Source of the DNA: Candidatus Heimdallarchaeota archaeon
Lineage (GTDB): Archaea > Asgardarchaeota > Heimdallarchaeia > Hodarchaeales > Hodarchaeaceae
NCBI GenBank assembly: GCA_011364965.1
Contig: RDOB01000003.1
Coordinates: 567,822 to 631,821, forward strand
Reading direction: 5' to 3'
DNA length: 64,000 nucleotides
Made by a program: the position numbers and the translations under genes. Of this stretch, positions 50,440 through 60,766 are shown piece by piece; positions within the stretch are counted from its first letter, which is position 1, and every line of letters begins with the position of its first letter. The notes under the pieces were generated by a model. It ran no database searches. It was not told the origin of the DNA and saw only the letters and a list, made by a program, of their open reading frames with translations.

Positions 50440-53400
50440 TTAGAAATGTTTATCCCTTTTAAGAATTTTATAAATAGCTGGGATAACAATTGCAATAAGA
50501 GAGAAAAAACTCCATCCAGGCGTATTAAAATTATTGATTAATTCTTCTAAATCACTCGCATAATCTACAACTTGTTGACCATCTGAACCCCAAAATTCTG
50601 GTATTTCGACCCAATAATCAATAACATAATAGGGATCACCAAGAAGAAGTTTATTGAAACCCTTAAGAGACTTGAAAGCATTTTCTATCTTCCTAACATC
50701 AGGAGGAGTTTGTAAAAGCGATTTATTTTCACGTGGATCCCAAATCTGATTATCTGGATCATAATTAAATGGGGAGAACTCGTCAGTAGGATCGAACCCA
50801 AATAATTCAGTTAATAATTCTTTTGCTTCTTCTATCAAAGAACTATCATAGATATATTTCTTATAAACACAGAGAGCAAATTTATATCTAAAATTAGCAT
50901 AGTCATTAGCATTTTTTATATCTCCTACGGTCCCACTAAACATAGTTTCATGACCCCAACCAATACTGAACCCACCATGACCACCAATAGAACCCATCCA
51001 TCCACCTGTCAAACCAACAAATTCTACGCCTATCCTTCCTTGAAAGTTTAATTCAAACTCAAAATCATGAGAAGCTTCTTTGCTAAAATCAATTTCTACT
51101 GTATTTGAACCTTGTCCTTTCCCAACCTGCATCGCATCCGTTTCAGACCTTTTAGGAGCAATTTTTTTCATTTCTTCATTAGAGGGGTAAGAAGGAATAT
51201 ACCCTATTGTATGATTATAGGTTTCAGATCCGATATCTTTAGCTAATAAAGAATTATGCGAATTATAATATTCCCGATCCCACTTATATGTCTCTGGTGT
51301 ATTAGGAATATGAATTGAATAATTTAGGCCAACTGCACGAACATCGGGGCAGTCTATTATCTCATATATATATCTATCATATGAACAAGAAGAAAAAATA
51401 ACATAATCAGATGAATAATCTCCTGAATAGCTAGAAATACGAGTTGTGGTAGAAACAAGAGTATAAGTATAGGTAAATTCAAATATTAATGCACCTTCCA
51501 CTTCAAACGAACCAATTTTAACATTTATAACAGCACCACAAGAAATGTCAATATCCAAACCAATATATCCACCGAAACTCGTTTGGCCACCATAAAACTC
51601 AGAAGAGCTAGAACTAACACCTTGTCCGTAATTAGTATTAGATTCGTCATAATTTTGAGAAATATCAGCTTGGGTAGGAGGAGCAGCCATCACAGCAAAA
51701 ACTTGTTCATTTGTTGAATAAACCTTATGGTCTATATATTTTAGGGAAAAACAATCGGCATTATAATCTCCAAAACTGATTTTAGGAACTCTTGCAACTG
51801 TACTCATATCACCAAATGGTATTGATGGTTGAACGATATCAAACAAGACCGAGAAAAATGCTTCTATAAATGGCGAATCAACATTCATGTAGCTAAAAGA
51901 GGAACCATTCAATTCCCACGTAGTCCATAAAGATATACTACCGTCCATTAGATTTGCAGTTTTTGTTTTAAATAACGCTAAGAAAACCTCCTCACTCCCA
52001 TCGCGATCGACATCTCCACAGACTAGATCTATAGGTATATTATTAATTAGATTTGAAAAGTCTAAACCATATGCATTATGATAGAACGATATCAAAGATT
52101 CCATTATAAGTGAATCTGGAACACTCCAGTTATCAATAAGACTAAAATTTGTTAGGATATCATCCCATACATGAATCCAACAGGAACCATTAACAAGAAT
52201 AATTTCATCTAAACCATCAGCATCTATATCCCCTGTTTTTAACCTAGTTACGAGGCCACAGAAATTATCCTCAGAGCTCTCTATACTTTTTAAGTGAGGA
52301 TAATTCCGAGGACTAAAGCCATCATCATATATCTCTACTTGACCAAAAGTATTGTTACTAAGTAAAAAAATAATTTCAGTTTGTGAATCTTTATCGATAT
52401 TTCCAGTTGCTATACAGAAATTAATATCTACTATCTGGTCTTCCCAAATAAATTCATGAATTTTTGCAAATTTGTTGAATCTATCATCAAAAATCCATGC
52501 CCTTGCTCGTCCTAAAGGATCCATACCAGCTATTATAATCTCATCGTTTTCATCTCCATCTACATTGCCAGTGGTTATGGATTTGGATGCAATATGATAA
52601 TCATAATTACTACTAGAGGGACGGGATAACATGTCAATCCTTGAATATTCTTCATCGCTCAATGTATCTAGAGGAATCAGATCATTTAAGAATGAATGGG
52701 GAAGTTTATCATTGCTAGGAATAATTTTATACCATTGCCAAGATCCTAATGCTTCACTCAAAGCAATATCATAAGAGGAAGAAGCAACCTGAGGGCTTCT
52801 AACAAATTTCCCTCTAGAATCCTTAAAACTTATAAAATTGTTATAGTACACATTACCAGTTTGATTTGGGTTATTATCATTTACTAATACGAATTTATTC
52901 TTTTCTTCAATATCGGAAGGATCGGATTTTAAGATTAATTCCAATAAATCACTCTGCTCATTTACGCTCCAATAACAATTTTCGTGATCTCTAAGTACAA
53001 CTTCATCACCATATTGTAAAGGCCCAGTCCAATTTAGAGCATAAGCATTTAGAATAGTGAATTCTGCTTCATTAGGAGCAAAATCAGTTGTTATTTGAGT
53101 ACAATGCATAGAATCCACCCCCGAAGTTACATAACTATTCACTTCTTGAAATGATTTTAATATAATTTTATCTCCATATAAAATTAATCCATTCGATGAG
53201 TTAGAATTCACTAAGTCTTCAAATATCCATATATAAGGTTGAGACTGGTTAGTTCCTAAAATGAGAAATTCATCAATATTATCACCATCAATATCACCTG
53301 AGGTCACTGTTGGATTAATCTCGCAATCAAACATTACTGAATTAGCATTAGTTGTCATTATCTGGAAATATCCGTTCCCCCACATCTCCTGAATCTGAAT

Positions 53401-53970
53401 TGATAATTTTTGTGATACTCGGCTAACAGAAATTATATCTTCACGAAAATTTCCATCAAAGTCACCAGTTGCGACTTCAACTACAATATCTGGACCCCCT
53501 TCAGCAATATAATCATTAAGAGCAGCTCCAAATTGAGGAGATTCACTCATATTCTCATTATACCTCCGATAGATAGCCCCAATGTTTTGTCTAAGATAGG
53601 GAGAATAATCTGACTCTACCAATTGATTAATAGTAAATCCAAAATCCTCGCTTCCTAACAGGGCAACATGATCTTTACTCAACGGATGAGAGAAATCCGA
53701 TCTCATCTTATTTGAGAGGGAGTTCACGTCTTTGTGTAGTGAATCCATCTTTCCACGAATAATATCTTCTCCATTTGCATAATGATCAATTATAGTATAC
53801 TCGATAGGATATTCATTCATCTTTCTCGAGCTAAATGGAGCTTCAACATATTTTAGTTTATTAAATAGTTGATCAGAAAGGTTTATGGATCCGAATACTC
53901 CCCAAAAGATAAAAATATGAATGATAAAAAAAAATTTAACAAATAGAAGAAAATTAGACCTTTTTCTCAT
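50440..53970 (-). CDS. Large surface protein with FG-GAP/VCBS-like repeats and a C-terminal TPGW-TM-basic anchor
   Basis: GDFDGN, GDIDGD, GNVDGD, GNIDKD, GDIDAD, GDVDRD repeats; N-terminal hydrophobic helix; TPGWSFFSLIAIVIPAIYKILKR. Confidence 0.82.
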   Translation of the reverse strand: MRKRSNFLLFVKFFFIIHIFIFWGVFGSINLSDQLFNKLKYVEAPFSSRKMNEYPIEYTIIDHYANGEDIIRGKMDSLHKDVNSLSNKMRSDFSHPLSKDHVALLGSEDFGFTINQLVESDYSPYLRQNIGAIYRRYNENMSESPQFGAALNDYIAEGGPDIVVEVATGDFDGNFREDIISVSRVSQKLSIQIQEMWGNGYFQIMTTNANSVMFDCEINPTVTSGDIDGDNIDEFLILGTNQSQPYIWIFEDLVNSNSSNGLILYGDKIILKSFQEVNSYVTSGVDSMHCTQITTDFAPNEAEFTILNAYALNWTGPLQYGDEVVLRDHENCYWSVNEQSDLLELILKSDPSDIEEKNKFVLVNDNNPNQTGNVYYNNFISFKDSRGKFVRSPQVASSSYDIALSEALGSWQWYKIIPSNDKLPHSFLNDLIPLDTLSDEEYSRIDMLSRPSSSNYDYHIASKSITTGNVDGDENDEIIIAGMDPLGRARAWIFDDRFNKFAKIHEFIWEDQIVDINFCIATGNIDKDSQTEIIFLLSNNTFGQVEIYDDGFSPRNYPHLKSIESSEDNFCGLVTRLKTGDIDADGLDEIILVNGSCWIHVWDDILTNFSLIDNWSVPDSLIMESLISFYHNAYGLDFSNLINNIPIDLVCGDVDRDGSEEVFLALFKTKTANLMDGSISLWTTWELNGSSFSYMNVDSPFIEAFFSVLFDIVQPSIPFGDMSTVARVPKISFGDYNADCFSLKYIDHKVYSTNEQVFAVMAAPPTQADISQNYDESNTNYGQGVSSSSSEFYGGQTSFGGYIGLDIDISCGAVINVKIGSFEVEGALIFEFTYTYTLVSTTTRISSYSGDYSSDYVIFSSCSYDRYIYEIIDCPDVRAVGLNYSIHIPNTPETYKWDREYYNSHNSLLAKDIGSETYNHTIGYIPSYPSNEEMKKIAPKRSETDAMQVGKGQGSNTVEIDFSKEASHDFEFELNFQGRIGVEFVGLTGGWMGSIGGHGGFSIGWGHETMFSGTVGDIKNANDYANFRYKFALCVYKKYIYDSSLIEEAKELLTELFGFDPTDEFSPFNYDPDNQIWDPRENKSLLQTPPDVRKIENAFKSLKGFNKLLLGDPYYVIDYWVEIPEFWGSDGQQVVDYASDLEELINNFNTPGWSFFSLIAIVIPAIYKILKRDKHF

Positions 53971-54314
53971 TAGGAATTCCCCTGTAAATATCTACAAATA
54001 ACAGATTTTCTAATATCCCAATTTATAGCAAGAATTAACCTCATTATCGGGATTTAACTTCATATAAAAAGATTAAGTCTTAAAATGTACTTAAAATGTA
54101 GTAGTTGGTTTGATTTGTCTTAAAAAAGAAGAAGATTACATTATTTCTAAGGTAATGCTACAAAAAGACATATAAAAATGTTTGGTCTATAAATTGTGAA
54201 TAAAAATCTAAATTAACAAAAGAAATCAGATTTTTACTGACAAAAGTAATAGAGATGATTTTGCATTTTTTTTTCATGGTTGAATTCAATTTAATTGACT
54301 CCGTAGTACACTAC

Positions 54315-54343
54315 ATCGTTGGTTAAGTTTTGAAACGTATTTA
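54315..54343 (+). repeat. Cassette-boundary site, divergent right half
   Basis: ATCGTTGGTTA-AGTTTTG-AAACGTATTTA. Confidence 0.55.
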
Positions 54344-54400
54344 CTATGGTTTATTCCTGTTATATACTTCGTACGATAATTGGATCAGGAATAATAGGTC

Positions 54401-55291
54401 TTATTTGTAGTATTTCAAAGCTATTTCCTCTTTTCCAGGTTCAAAATTATCCCAGAACTCCTTGGCGGGGTGACGCAAATCATAGTCAACTCGTGTATCG
54501 TGTAGAACTCGTGAACAATAAGGATCTCCTTGTGCAATGGTATGCTCCATTGTTAAAATTAAGCTCTCATCACGCATTTTTGCACCTTCGTAATCGCCAT
54601 AACAACAGACAAGGTATTTAAGTTCAGAATCTGGCAATTCTTCCAAGGCGTCAACCCAAGAACAATTGTTATTGCGATAGGCATATTTTCCTTCATTGAG
54701 TAATGCATGGAATATAACCCATTCTGATGGTTTGTCTCCGGGTTTTATACGATTTTCCAATAGAGTTTCAAGGTCAACAAAATCACTCTCATAATTTTTT
54801 CGTCGTTCTTTCTGGAAACACGTGATATATTTCTTGTAGAGCTTAATCGCCTCTTCTCGTCCTATAGTTTCGATCAAGGCCACAAGATTGTAGTATCTAG
54901 GAAGGAGGAATGAATGTAAATAATCTTTATTTATGACATTGATTTTTTCATTGCTCCACTCGATTTTCTCTGGTACTTGAAGATTGTGTAAATAGAAAGT
55001 AAGACTTAATTGAGCTAATTCAGGATTTCTTCGCAGGTAATCGAACTCGTCGATTAGTTCATCGAAACTGATTCCTAATTTCTTGATTAAATTTTCCTGC
55101 ACTAATTTTTGGTATTGATTCTGTAAATTTAACACATACTTCGTTACCACACTGGGCTTTTGATCATCTATAAATCCAAGTATAAAATTTAGTCTTTTCA
55201 AAACCTCTCGTTTAGCATTAGCATAAACTTGTATTTCTACTTCAAATTCAAGAGCGTTTGACATTGCTTCACCAGTTCTTGAGACTTTCAT
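54401..55291 (-). CDS. L-2-amino-thiazoline-4-carboxylate hydrolase-like protein
   Basis: C...CCYGDY...TIAQGDPYC pattern. Confidence 0.72.
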   Translation of the reverse strand: MKVSRTGEAMSNALEFEVEIQVYANAKREVLKRLNFILGFIDDQKPSVVTKYVLNLQNQYQKLVQENLIKKLGISFDELIDEFDYLRRNPELAQLSLTFYLHNLQVPEKIEWSNEKINVINKDYLHSFLLPRYYNLVALIETIGREEAIKLYKKYITCFQKERRKNYESDFVDLETLLENRIKPGDKPSEWVIFHALLNEGKYAYRNNNCSWVDALEELPDSELKYLVCCYGDYEGAKMRDESLILTMEHTIAQGDPYCSRVLHDTRVDYDLRHPAKEFWDNFEPGKEEIALKYYK

Positions 55292-55353
55292 TGTTTTTTA
55301 AACCTCAATTTATTCATAATTATAATTAAACCTGATAAAGATATAGCAGAGTA

Positions 55354-55665
55354 TTAAGTTTCTATTCTTTCCAGTTTGAAACAAACTGGTCTTTTCCCAT
55401 CTGTACAGCTAGTGTACATTATATTTGGTTCTGTCCAACTATGTTCTCCACCGAAAGCTAGGACTAGAAGGTCTTTGTATAAATCATGCCACGCCCAACC
55501 ACAGAAATTTTGAGGTTTTTTCAACCCTTCCACCAGAAATTCTTGTCCTTCTTCAAAGATGGAACATATCGTTACGATTTGACCTGAACAGGGAGCGAAA
55601 AGATCATGTCCGACGACATCTTTGGGGCTAAACTTTTTTATCACAGAAATTTTTATTTTATCCAT
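55354..55665 (-). CDS. TIGR04076-family protein
   Basis: C..FEEGQEF...KP.NFC.WAW.D, CTDG.RPV.FKLERI. Confidence 0.85.
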   Translation of the reverse strand: MDKIKISVIKKFSPKDVVGHDLFAPCSGQIVTICSIFEEGQEFLVEGLKKPQNFCGWAWHDLYKDLLVLAFGGEHSWTEPNIMYTSCTDGKRPVCFKLERIET

Positions 55666-55789
55666 TACTGTAACTACCTCCTTTTTTTCCGCTTAATGTG
55701 CAATCCATTCTTTTTTATAATTTAACTCTTTAATGACTCTAAATGCTCCATAATACCATTCTACACAATTTGTATAATTATGTGACTGT

Positions 55790-56107
55790 TTACGTTTCAA
55801 TTTTTTCAATAGTGAAAACCACGGGTCTCATACCATCCGTACAGCACACATAAACCTTTTGTTCTCTCCAATCTTTCCCCGCACCTAACGCTAATGTAGA
55901 AACGTCCTTATAGATGTCATACCATGCCCATTCACAAAAGTCTTTGGGTTTCTTCATCTCTTCTACTAGGAATTCTTGTCCATCTTCAAACAAAGAACAG
56001 ACCGATATGACTTTCCCGGAAGGACTCGTCATCTCCTGTCCAAATACTTCTTCAGGCTTAAAACGCCTAACAACTGAAACCTTGAGTTTTGTCACCTGTA
56101 GTACCAT
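55790..56107 (-). CDS. TIGR04076-family protein, tandem paralogue
   Basis: Same motifs as 55354..55665. Confidence 0.85.
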   Translation of the reverse strand: MVLQVTKLKVSVVRRFKPEEVFGQEMTSPSGKVISVCSLFEDGQEFLVEEMKKPKDFCEWAWYDIYKDVSTLALGAGKDWREQKVYVCCTDGMRPVVFTIEKIET

Positions 56108-56416
56108 CTTTAAATTCGATTCTTTAACAATAAATATTGATTTAGTGAAATTTCTCTAGTTCAAAACTCTTTATCTGTATAATAAACTTTTAGCTTCAGG
56201 CAAAAGAGCGTAGGTTGACTAAACGAAAATTTTGTTGCCATTGTCGATTCATTCTGAGCTATGATAGTTGATCAAAAAACAACGACTCTCCATTTAGTCA
56301 TATCCACAATGACCCTTAATTGGATTGATGAAACTATTAATTATCAACTTTCCTAACAACCCCATTGCTCCCCACAACTTTACATATAACGAATTGATAA
56401 AGATTTATAATCAAAC

Positions 56417-56445
56417 ATCGTTGGTTATACGACATCCATCTAAAC
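56417..56445 (+). repeat. Cassette-boundary site, type C
   Basis: ATCGTTGGTTA-TACGACA-TCCATCTAAAC. Confidence 0.75.
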
Positions 56446-56505
56446 AATATTATTATTCATTATATACATATTAATATTATTTCCATTCCTTCCCGTTCAC
56501 GACTA

Positions 56506-57636
56506 TTGAAGGGAGCAAAAAACTTCTATAGTAAAATGATGAGGAGAAACCAAATGACAGCAGAAAAAAACTTTCGAGGAACCTATCTTCCAGAGAAAGA
56601 ATTTAGCTTGCTAAGAAACATAGAATTAAAAATTGAGAGACCGATATTTAGAAGAAAGAATAAGCGATCAGAACTAGATATATCACATGATACAAGAACT
56701 TATTTTGACATAGATTGGACAAAGGTAACAGCACTGAGTATATTTAACACGAAAATGTCATTTCTACCTGAAGAAATATTTGAACTTCTTAACCTAGAAG
56801 AACTGGAATTGAGTTGTAACCATATCACATCGTTACCAGAAGCAATCGCCAAGTTGACAAACCTCCAAAAACTGGATTTGAGTTATAATCAGCTCACATC
56901 GTTACCAGAAGCAATAGCTAAGTTGACAAACCTCCAAAAACTGAATTTGAGTGGTAATCAGCTCATATCGTTCCCAGAGCCAATAGTCAAGTTGACAAAC
57001 CTAAAAACTCTATATTTGGGTGGTAATCAGCTCACATCGTTCCCAGAAGCAATAACAAAATTGACAGAATTAAAAACTCTATATTTGGGTGGTAATCAGC
57101 TCACATCGTTCCCAGAACCAATAACCAAATTGACAAACCTACAAGAATTGAATTTGGATTCTACTCCATTAATATCGTTCCCAGACACAATAACAAAGTT
57201 AACAAATCTAAAATCTCTACTTTTGGGTGATAATCAGCTCACATCGTTCCCAGACACAATAACCAAATTAAAAAACCTACAAGAATTGGATTTGAGATGT
57301 AACCAGCTCACATCATTACCAAATACAATAGCCAAATTGAAAGACCTACAAAAACTGGATTTGAGTTATAATCAGCTCACATCGTTCCCAGAACCAATAA
57401 CCAAATTAGTAAACCTAAAAACTCTCAATTTAACTAGTAACCAGCTAACAACATTACCAAAAACAATAACTAAATTGAAAAACCTAGAAAAACTTATTTT
57501 GAATCAAAACCAGCTCAAATCGTTACCAAAGTCAATAGACAAACTAAATCACTTAGAAGAACTTATTTTGTATAATAATTATGGTTGTAATTTAAAAAAC
57601 CAATCAGAGAGAGTAAAAAAGATATTGAAAATTTGA
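56506..57636 (+). CDS. Leucine-rich repeat protein
   Basis: About 12 repeats of 23 aa (LxxLxLxxNQLTSxPExIxK), visible as 69-bp DNA repeats at about 56790-57570. Confidence 0.95.
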   Translation: MKGAKNFYSKMMRRNQMTAEKNFRGTYLPEKEFSLLRNIELKIERPIFRRKNKRSELDISHDTRTYFDIDWTKVTALSIFNTKMSFLPEEIFELLNLEELELSCNHITSLPEAIAKLTNLQKLDLSYNQLTSLPEAIAKLTNLQKLNLSGNQLISFPEPIVKLTNLKTLYLGGNQLTSFPEAITKLTELKTLYLGGNQLTSFPEPITKLTNLQELNLDSTPLISFPDTITKLTNLKSLLLGDNQLTSFPDTITKLKNLQELDLRCNQLTSLPNTIAKLKDLQKLDLSYNQLTSFPEPITKLVNLKTLNLTSNQLTTLPKTITKLKNLEKLILNQNQLKSLPKSIDKLNHLEELILYNNYGCNLKNQSERVKKILKI

Positions 57637-57790
57637 TAATCAGTTTTATTTAACAATATTCTAGCCCTATCCTCAATTATTTACTTCTCCTTTTTCAATA
57701 AATCCTTAATATAAACGCTAGAATTCCAACTTTTCTATTCACTTACCTATTGTGTAATTGTCTTTATATCAATAATTATTATGAATCATT

Positions 57791-57819
57791 TTCGTTGGTA
57801 TTACACCCGAACCTCCGTA
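57791..57819 (+). repeat. Cassette-boundary site, type A
   Basis: TTCGTTGGTAT-TACACCC-GAACCTCCGTA. Confidence 0.88.
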
Positions 57820-57886
57820 TATTCCATTTCTTTTAGATTACAAATTTTCTGAATGAAGATAAAAAGGAATCTAATTAAGGGGTTAC

Positions 57887-58345
57887 TTAATCGATATCTT
57901 TTTTGGCCCATTCCACCAAATCATCACTAAGATACAGATCAGTTTGTAATTTTTCCAAATATTCTTGATAGCTGTCTCTTGTTTGAATTATTTTTTGAGT
58001 GTAAAGAAGTTTTAATAAACCTAGGGTTCCGATAACTAAGATACCCCTCTTTTTTGCTATTTTCCTTAGTGCCAAGTCATCTGTTGCTATCATTGAGTTC
58101 TTTTCAATGGCAAGTGATATTAATGATATGTCAGTTGTACTAATACTCAAAGATTCTGCCTTAGTTTTATGGGATGGAACCTCTATATTTATCCAAGAAG
58201 GAATCTTAGTTTTTATCCATTTTTTTGAAAACTCTTCAATAACATCGGGTGTGGTGGCATAAGTCAGATTTAGCTGGTGGAGTTGTTCTAACAATTCAAG
58301 ATATGTGAAACTGCTTAAGACACTCGTGTCTAAAATAAGCATCAA
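57887..58345 (-). CDS. PIN-like toxin (DUF3368-type)
   Basis: ILDTS, E, TDD..LR, GTLGLL. Confidence 0.82.
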   Translation of the reverse strand: MMLILDTSVLSSFTYLELLEQLHQLNLTYATTPDVIEEFSKKWIKTKIPSWINIEVPSHKTKAESLSISTTDISLISLAIEKNSMIATDDLALRKIAKKRGILVIGTLGLLKLLYTQKIIQTRDSYQEYLEKLQTDLYLSDDLVEWAKKDID

Positions 58346-58346
58346 A

Positions 58347-58622
58347 TCACTTCAAAAGGTTCTTAGCGGCTTGAAATTCTTCTTCAGCTTCTTTTGATGA
58401 AGTTGGACCTCCTGATCTAATTAAACGACGTTTACGAAATTCATCTAAGAACTTGTCCACCTTCAAACCTGCAAGTTCAGCAGATTTTGATAGACTAATT
58501 TTTCCTTGTTGATAAAGTTCAAAAAGAATAAGTAAATGATTTTGGTGTTCCAGATCCTCTTTGGATAATCCTGATAACTCAAGTAATTGGCGTGAAACCT
58601 TAATCGATATTTCTTCAGTCAT
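58347..58622 (-). CDS. UPF0175-family antitoxin
   Basis: LYQQGKISLSKSAELAGL. Confidence 0.85.
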   Translation of the reverse strand: MTEEISIKVSRQLLELSGLSKEDLEHQNHLLILFELYQQGKISLSKSAELAGLKVDKFLDEFRKRRLIRSGGPTSSKEAEEEFQAAKNLLK

Positions 58623-58710
58623 TATACTCGACCTTATAGAAACATAGCTTGATTTTAATTAATATTATCTATTAAATTAAGTTTCCTATTCCTGATCTGA
58701 ATGAATTTTT

Positions 58711-58768
58711 ATTCCCATAAAAAATTTTTTTAGGAAGATATCGTTGGTAGTACATACGCACCTCCGTA
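58711..58768 (+). repeat. Complete cassette-boundary site (hairpin flank + type A)
   Basis: ATTCCCATAAAAAATTTTTTTAGGAAGAT-ATCGTTGGTAG-TACATAC-GCACCTCCGTA. Confidence 0.88.
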
Positions 58769-59197
58769 CAAAAAATTATTTGCAAAATTGAATCTATCTT
58801 GTCTTTTTCAACTAAATTTTCTCTGAAGGTTCAATGAAAATAAAAATAAGGGTAATTTCCTATTATAATTAGATTCATAGAGGAATGGAATTTTGACCTT
58901 AGGCTTCAAAGACTTGATGAATGAACTTAATCAACTTAAGACCAATAAGAAAAACTTAAAGGGGATGTTGAGCTCTTAAAGGTAAATTTTCAATCTTTTG
59001 GATATTCTAAGGAAGATACATTGGTTATAAATGAGGAACTTCAGGAAATTCAACAAAGTAAAGATCTAGTTAATGCTGGTATCTTTGAAGAATTTGAAGA
59101 GCTGAAATAGCTTGACGTACAAGATATTATTATACCGTTAAAACGCAAATAATGGAATTTAAAAAGCAATTCCTATATTTAATGAAGGAAGACAATA

Positions 59198-60382
59198 TTA
59201 TACATCATCATTCACTCTCAACTCATAAATTATTGAACCTATAAGTATCATACTAACAATTATTCCAAAATTGAGAGGTAAGAAGAACCAAATTGGAATT
59301 AAGATAATCATTTGGAAAAAAAGAACCTTAATACTAAACATAAGGTTGGTTTTTCTCAATATATAGACAGTAGCACTTATTAATATAAATAAGCTAATGG
59401 GAATCTCATACAACCAAAGAAAATTGGGTGAATGGAAAATAAAAATGATTCTAGGACTAATTGTAAGAATAATTGTAACCAAAGCGGTAAAATATGGGCT
59501 TTCCTGATTCTTTACAAGATGAACTAGAACGGAATAATCATTATAAACGGGATATTCTTTCAATGTATCATATAAAACCAGAAGAATGAGGATGAACAAA
59601 CTCATGATGATTAGTGAACCAAGTAATACTGAATACCCCCAAAGCAGACTTAATGTATTAGATCCATATTGATAAGGATTGTGGTAATCCTTTATAAGGA
59701 AAGTAATGAAAAATAGGGAGAATATGAAAGAAAACGCGCTTACAAGTATAATCAGAAACAATCGCTTTATTGAATCAATAGATCTATATAAATAACCAGT
59801 AAACAACAAAAAGCAAAGAACAAGCGTCAGAGGAAACCTGTAAAAAACCCAGAAGTTCATGAGTGGATTAAAGACTGTATAGAGAAAGAATGAAACCTCA
59901 TTGAATATAAAAAGATCTGTAACAGAATCAATAATCCTCAGAAAAATATAAGGGAGTTCTCTAAAAGGCATATCGTCGGGGATAAGTCTAATGACATTAT
60001 AACCTTCTTTTGAGACGAAATACATAATTGCTGGAATAGTCCACAATGCAAAGTATGTCATCAAGACTCCCAATAGAGTTGACATGATCTTTCTGTTATA
60101 GGCCGCAAAAACCTTTTTTAATTTTCGTACTACCGTAAATCCATCTTTTAATTCTATTAATTTATATTTTCCTATCAAGGATTTAGCAATTTCCTCTGGA
60201 GATTCCAAATTGGTAATGAATTGAAGTTTTAATTCTTTCTCTGGTATATCTGAATACTCCAACTTGAAATCACTCCATTCCTCAAATAAGTTTGTACGCA
60301 AGTCTTCCAAAAGCCTTAAATCACCCTTTAGCTTTATAATCTCAACCTTAACTTGGTTTAAATAAGCTTCAATGCTTTCCAT
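59198..60382 (-). CDS. PadR-associated membrane protein with a HAAS-like N-terminal domain
   Basis: IEAYL..V...LESPEEIAK followed by about 8 TM helices; directly after PadR. Confidence 0.7.
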   Translation of the reverse strand: MESIEAYLNQVKVEIIKLKGDLRLLEDLRTNLFEEWSDFKLEYSDIPEKELKLQFITNLESPEEIAKSLIGKYKLIELKDGFTVVRKLKKVFAAYNRKIMSTLLGVLMTYFALWTIPAIMYFVSKEGYNVIRLIPDDMPFRELPYIFLRIIDSVTDLFIFNEVSFFLYTVFNPLMNFWVFYRFPLTLVLCFLLFTGYLYRSIDSIKRLFLIILVSAFSFIFSLFFITFLIKDYHNPYQYGSNTLSLLWGYSVLLGSLIIMSLFILILLVLYDTLKEYPVYNDYSVLVHLVKNQESPYFTALVTIILTISPRIIFIFHSPNFLWLYEIPISLFILISATVYILRKTNLMFSIKVLFFQMIILIPIWFFLPLNFGIIVSMILIGSIIYELRVNDDV

Positions 60383-60394
60383 TCTAATATCCTC

Positions 60395-60766
60395 CTACGA
60401 CGATTTTTCCAGATTTTTAAATGCCACACGGCTTGTATCTATGAGATTATCCCAAAAATCAGACATTTCTGATAGGATTTGTCTTCCCTTGTTAGTTATT
60501 GAGTAATAACGACGTTTATCTTCCATTTTGGAATCAACAAGAAAATATTTCTCTTCAAAATTTCTTAATATCGTGTAAAGTGTGCTGTAGTTAACTTCAA
60601 TGTCTCTATTCGTTATTTCAGAAAGTTTTTTCTTAATTTTATAACCCCAAGTCATTTCATCATGGTTAATGATTGTTAAAATCAAAATCGCGGTTAAAGA
60701 ACCTTTAGCATCTTTCTCAAGACGAGTCAAATATGATGAAGATACATCTACACTTGAAGGAGTCAT
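60395..60766 (-). CDS. PadR-family regulator
   Basis: WGYKI, STLYTIL, RRYYSITNKG. Confidence 0.9.
   Translation of the reverse strand: MTPSSVDVSSSYLTRLEKDAKGSLTAILILTIINHDEMTWGYKIKKKLSEITNRDIEVNYSTLYTILRNFEEKYFLVDSKMEDKRRYYSITNKGRQILSEMSDFWDNLIDTSRVAFKNLEKSS

Noticed and set aside
59000-59045. AGGAAGATACATTGGTTAT as a 14th boundary site
   Set aside because: It resembles the flank plus core but lies inside an apparent decayed + strand reading frame (..SKEDTLVINEELQEI..) and has no recognisable right half; left uncounted.
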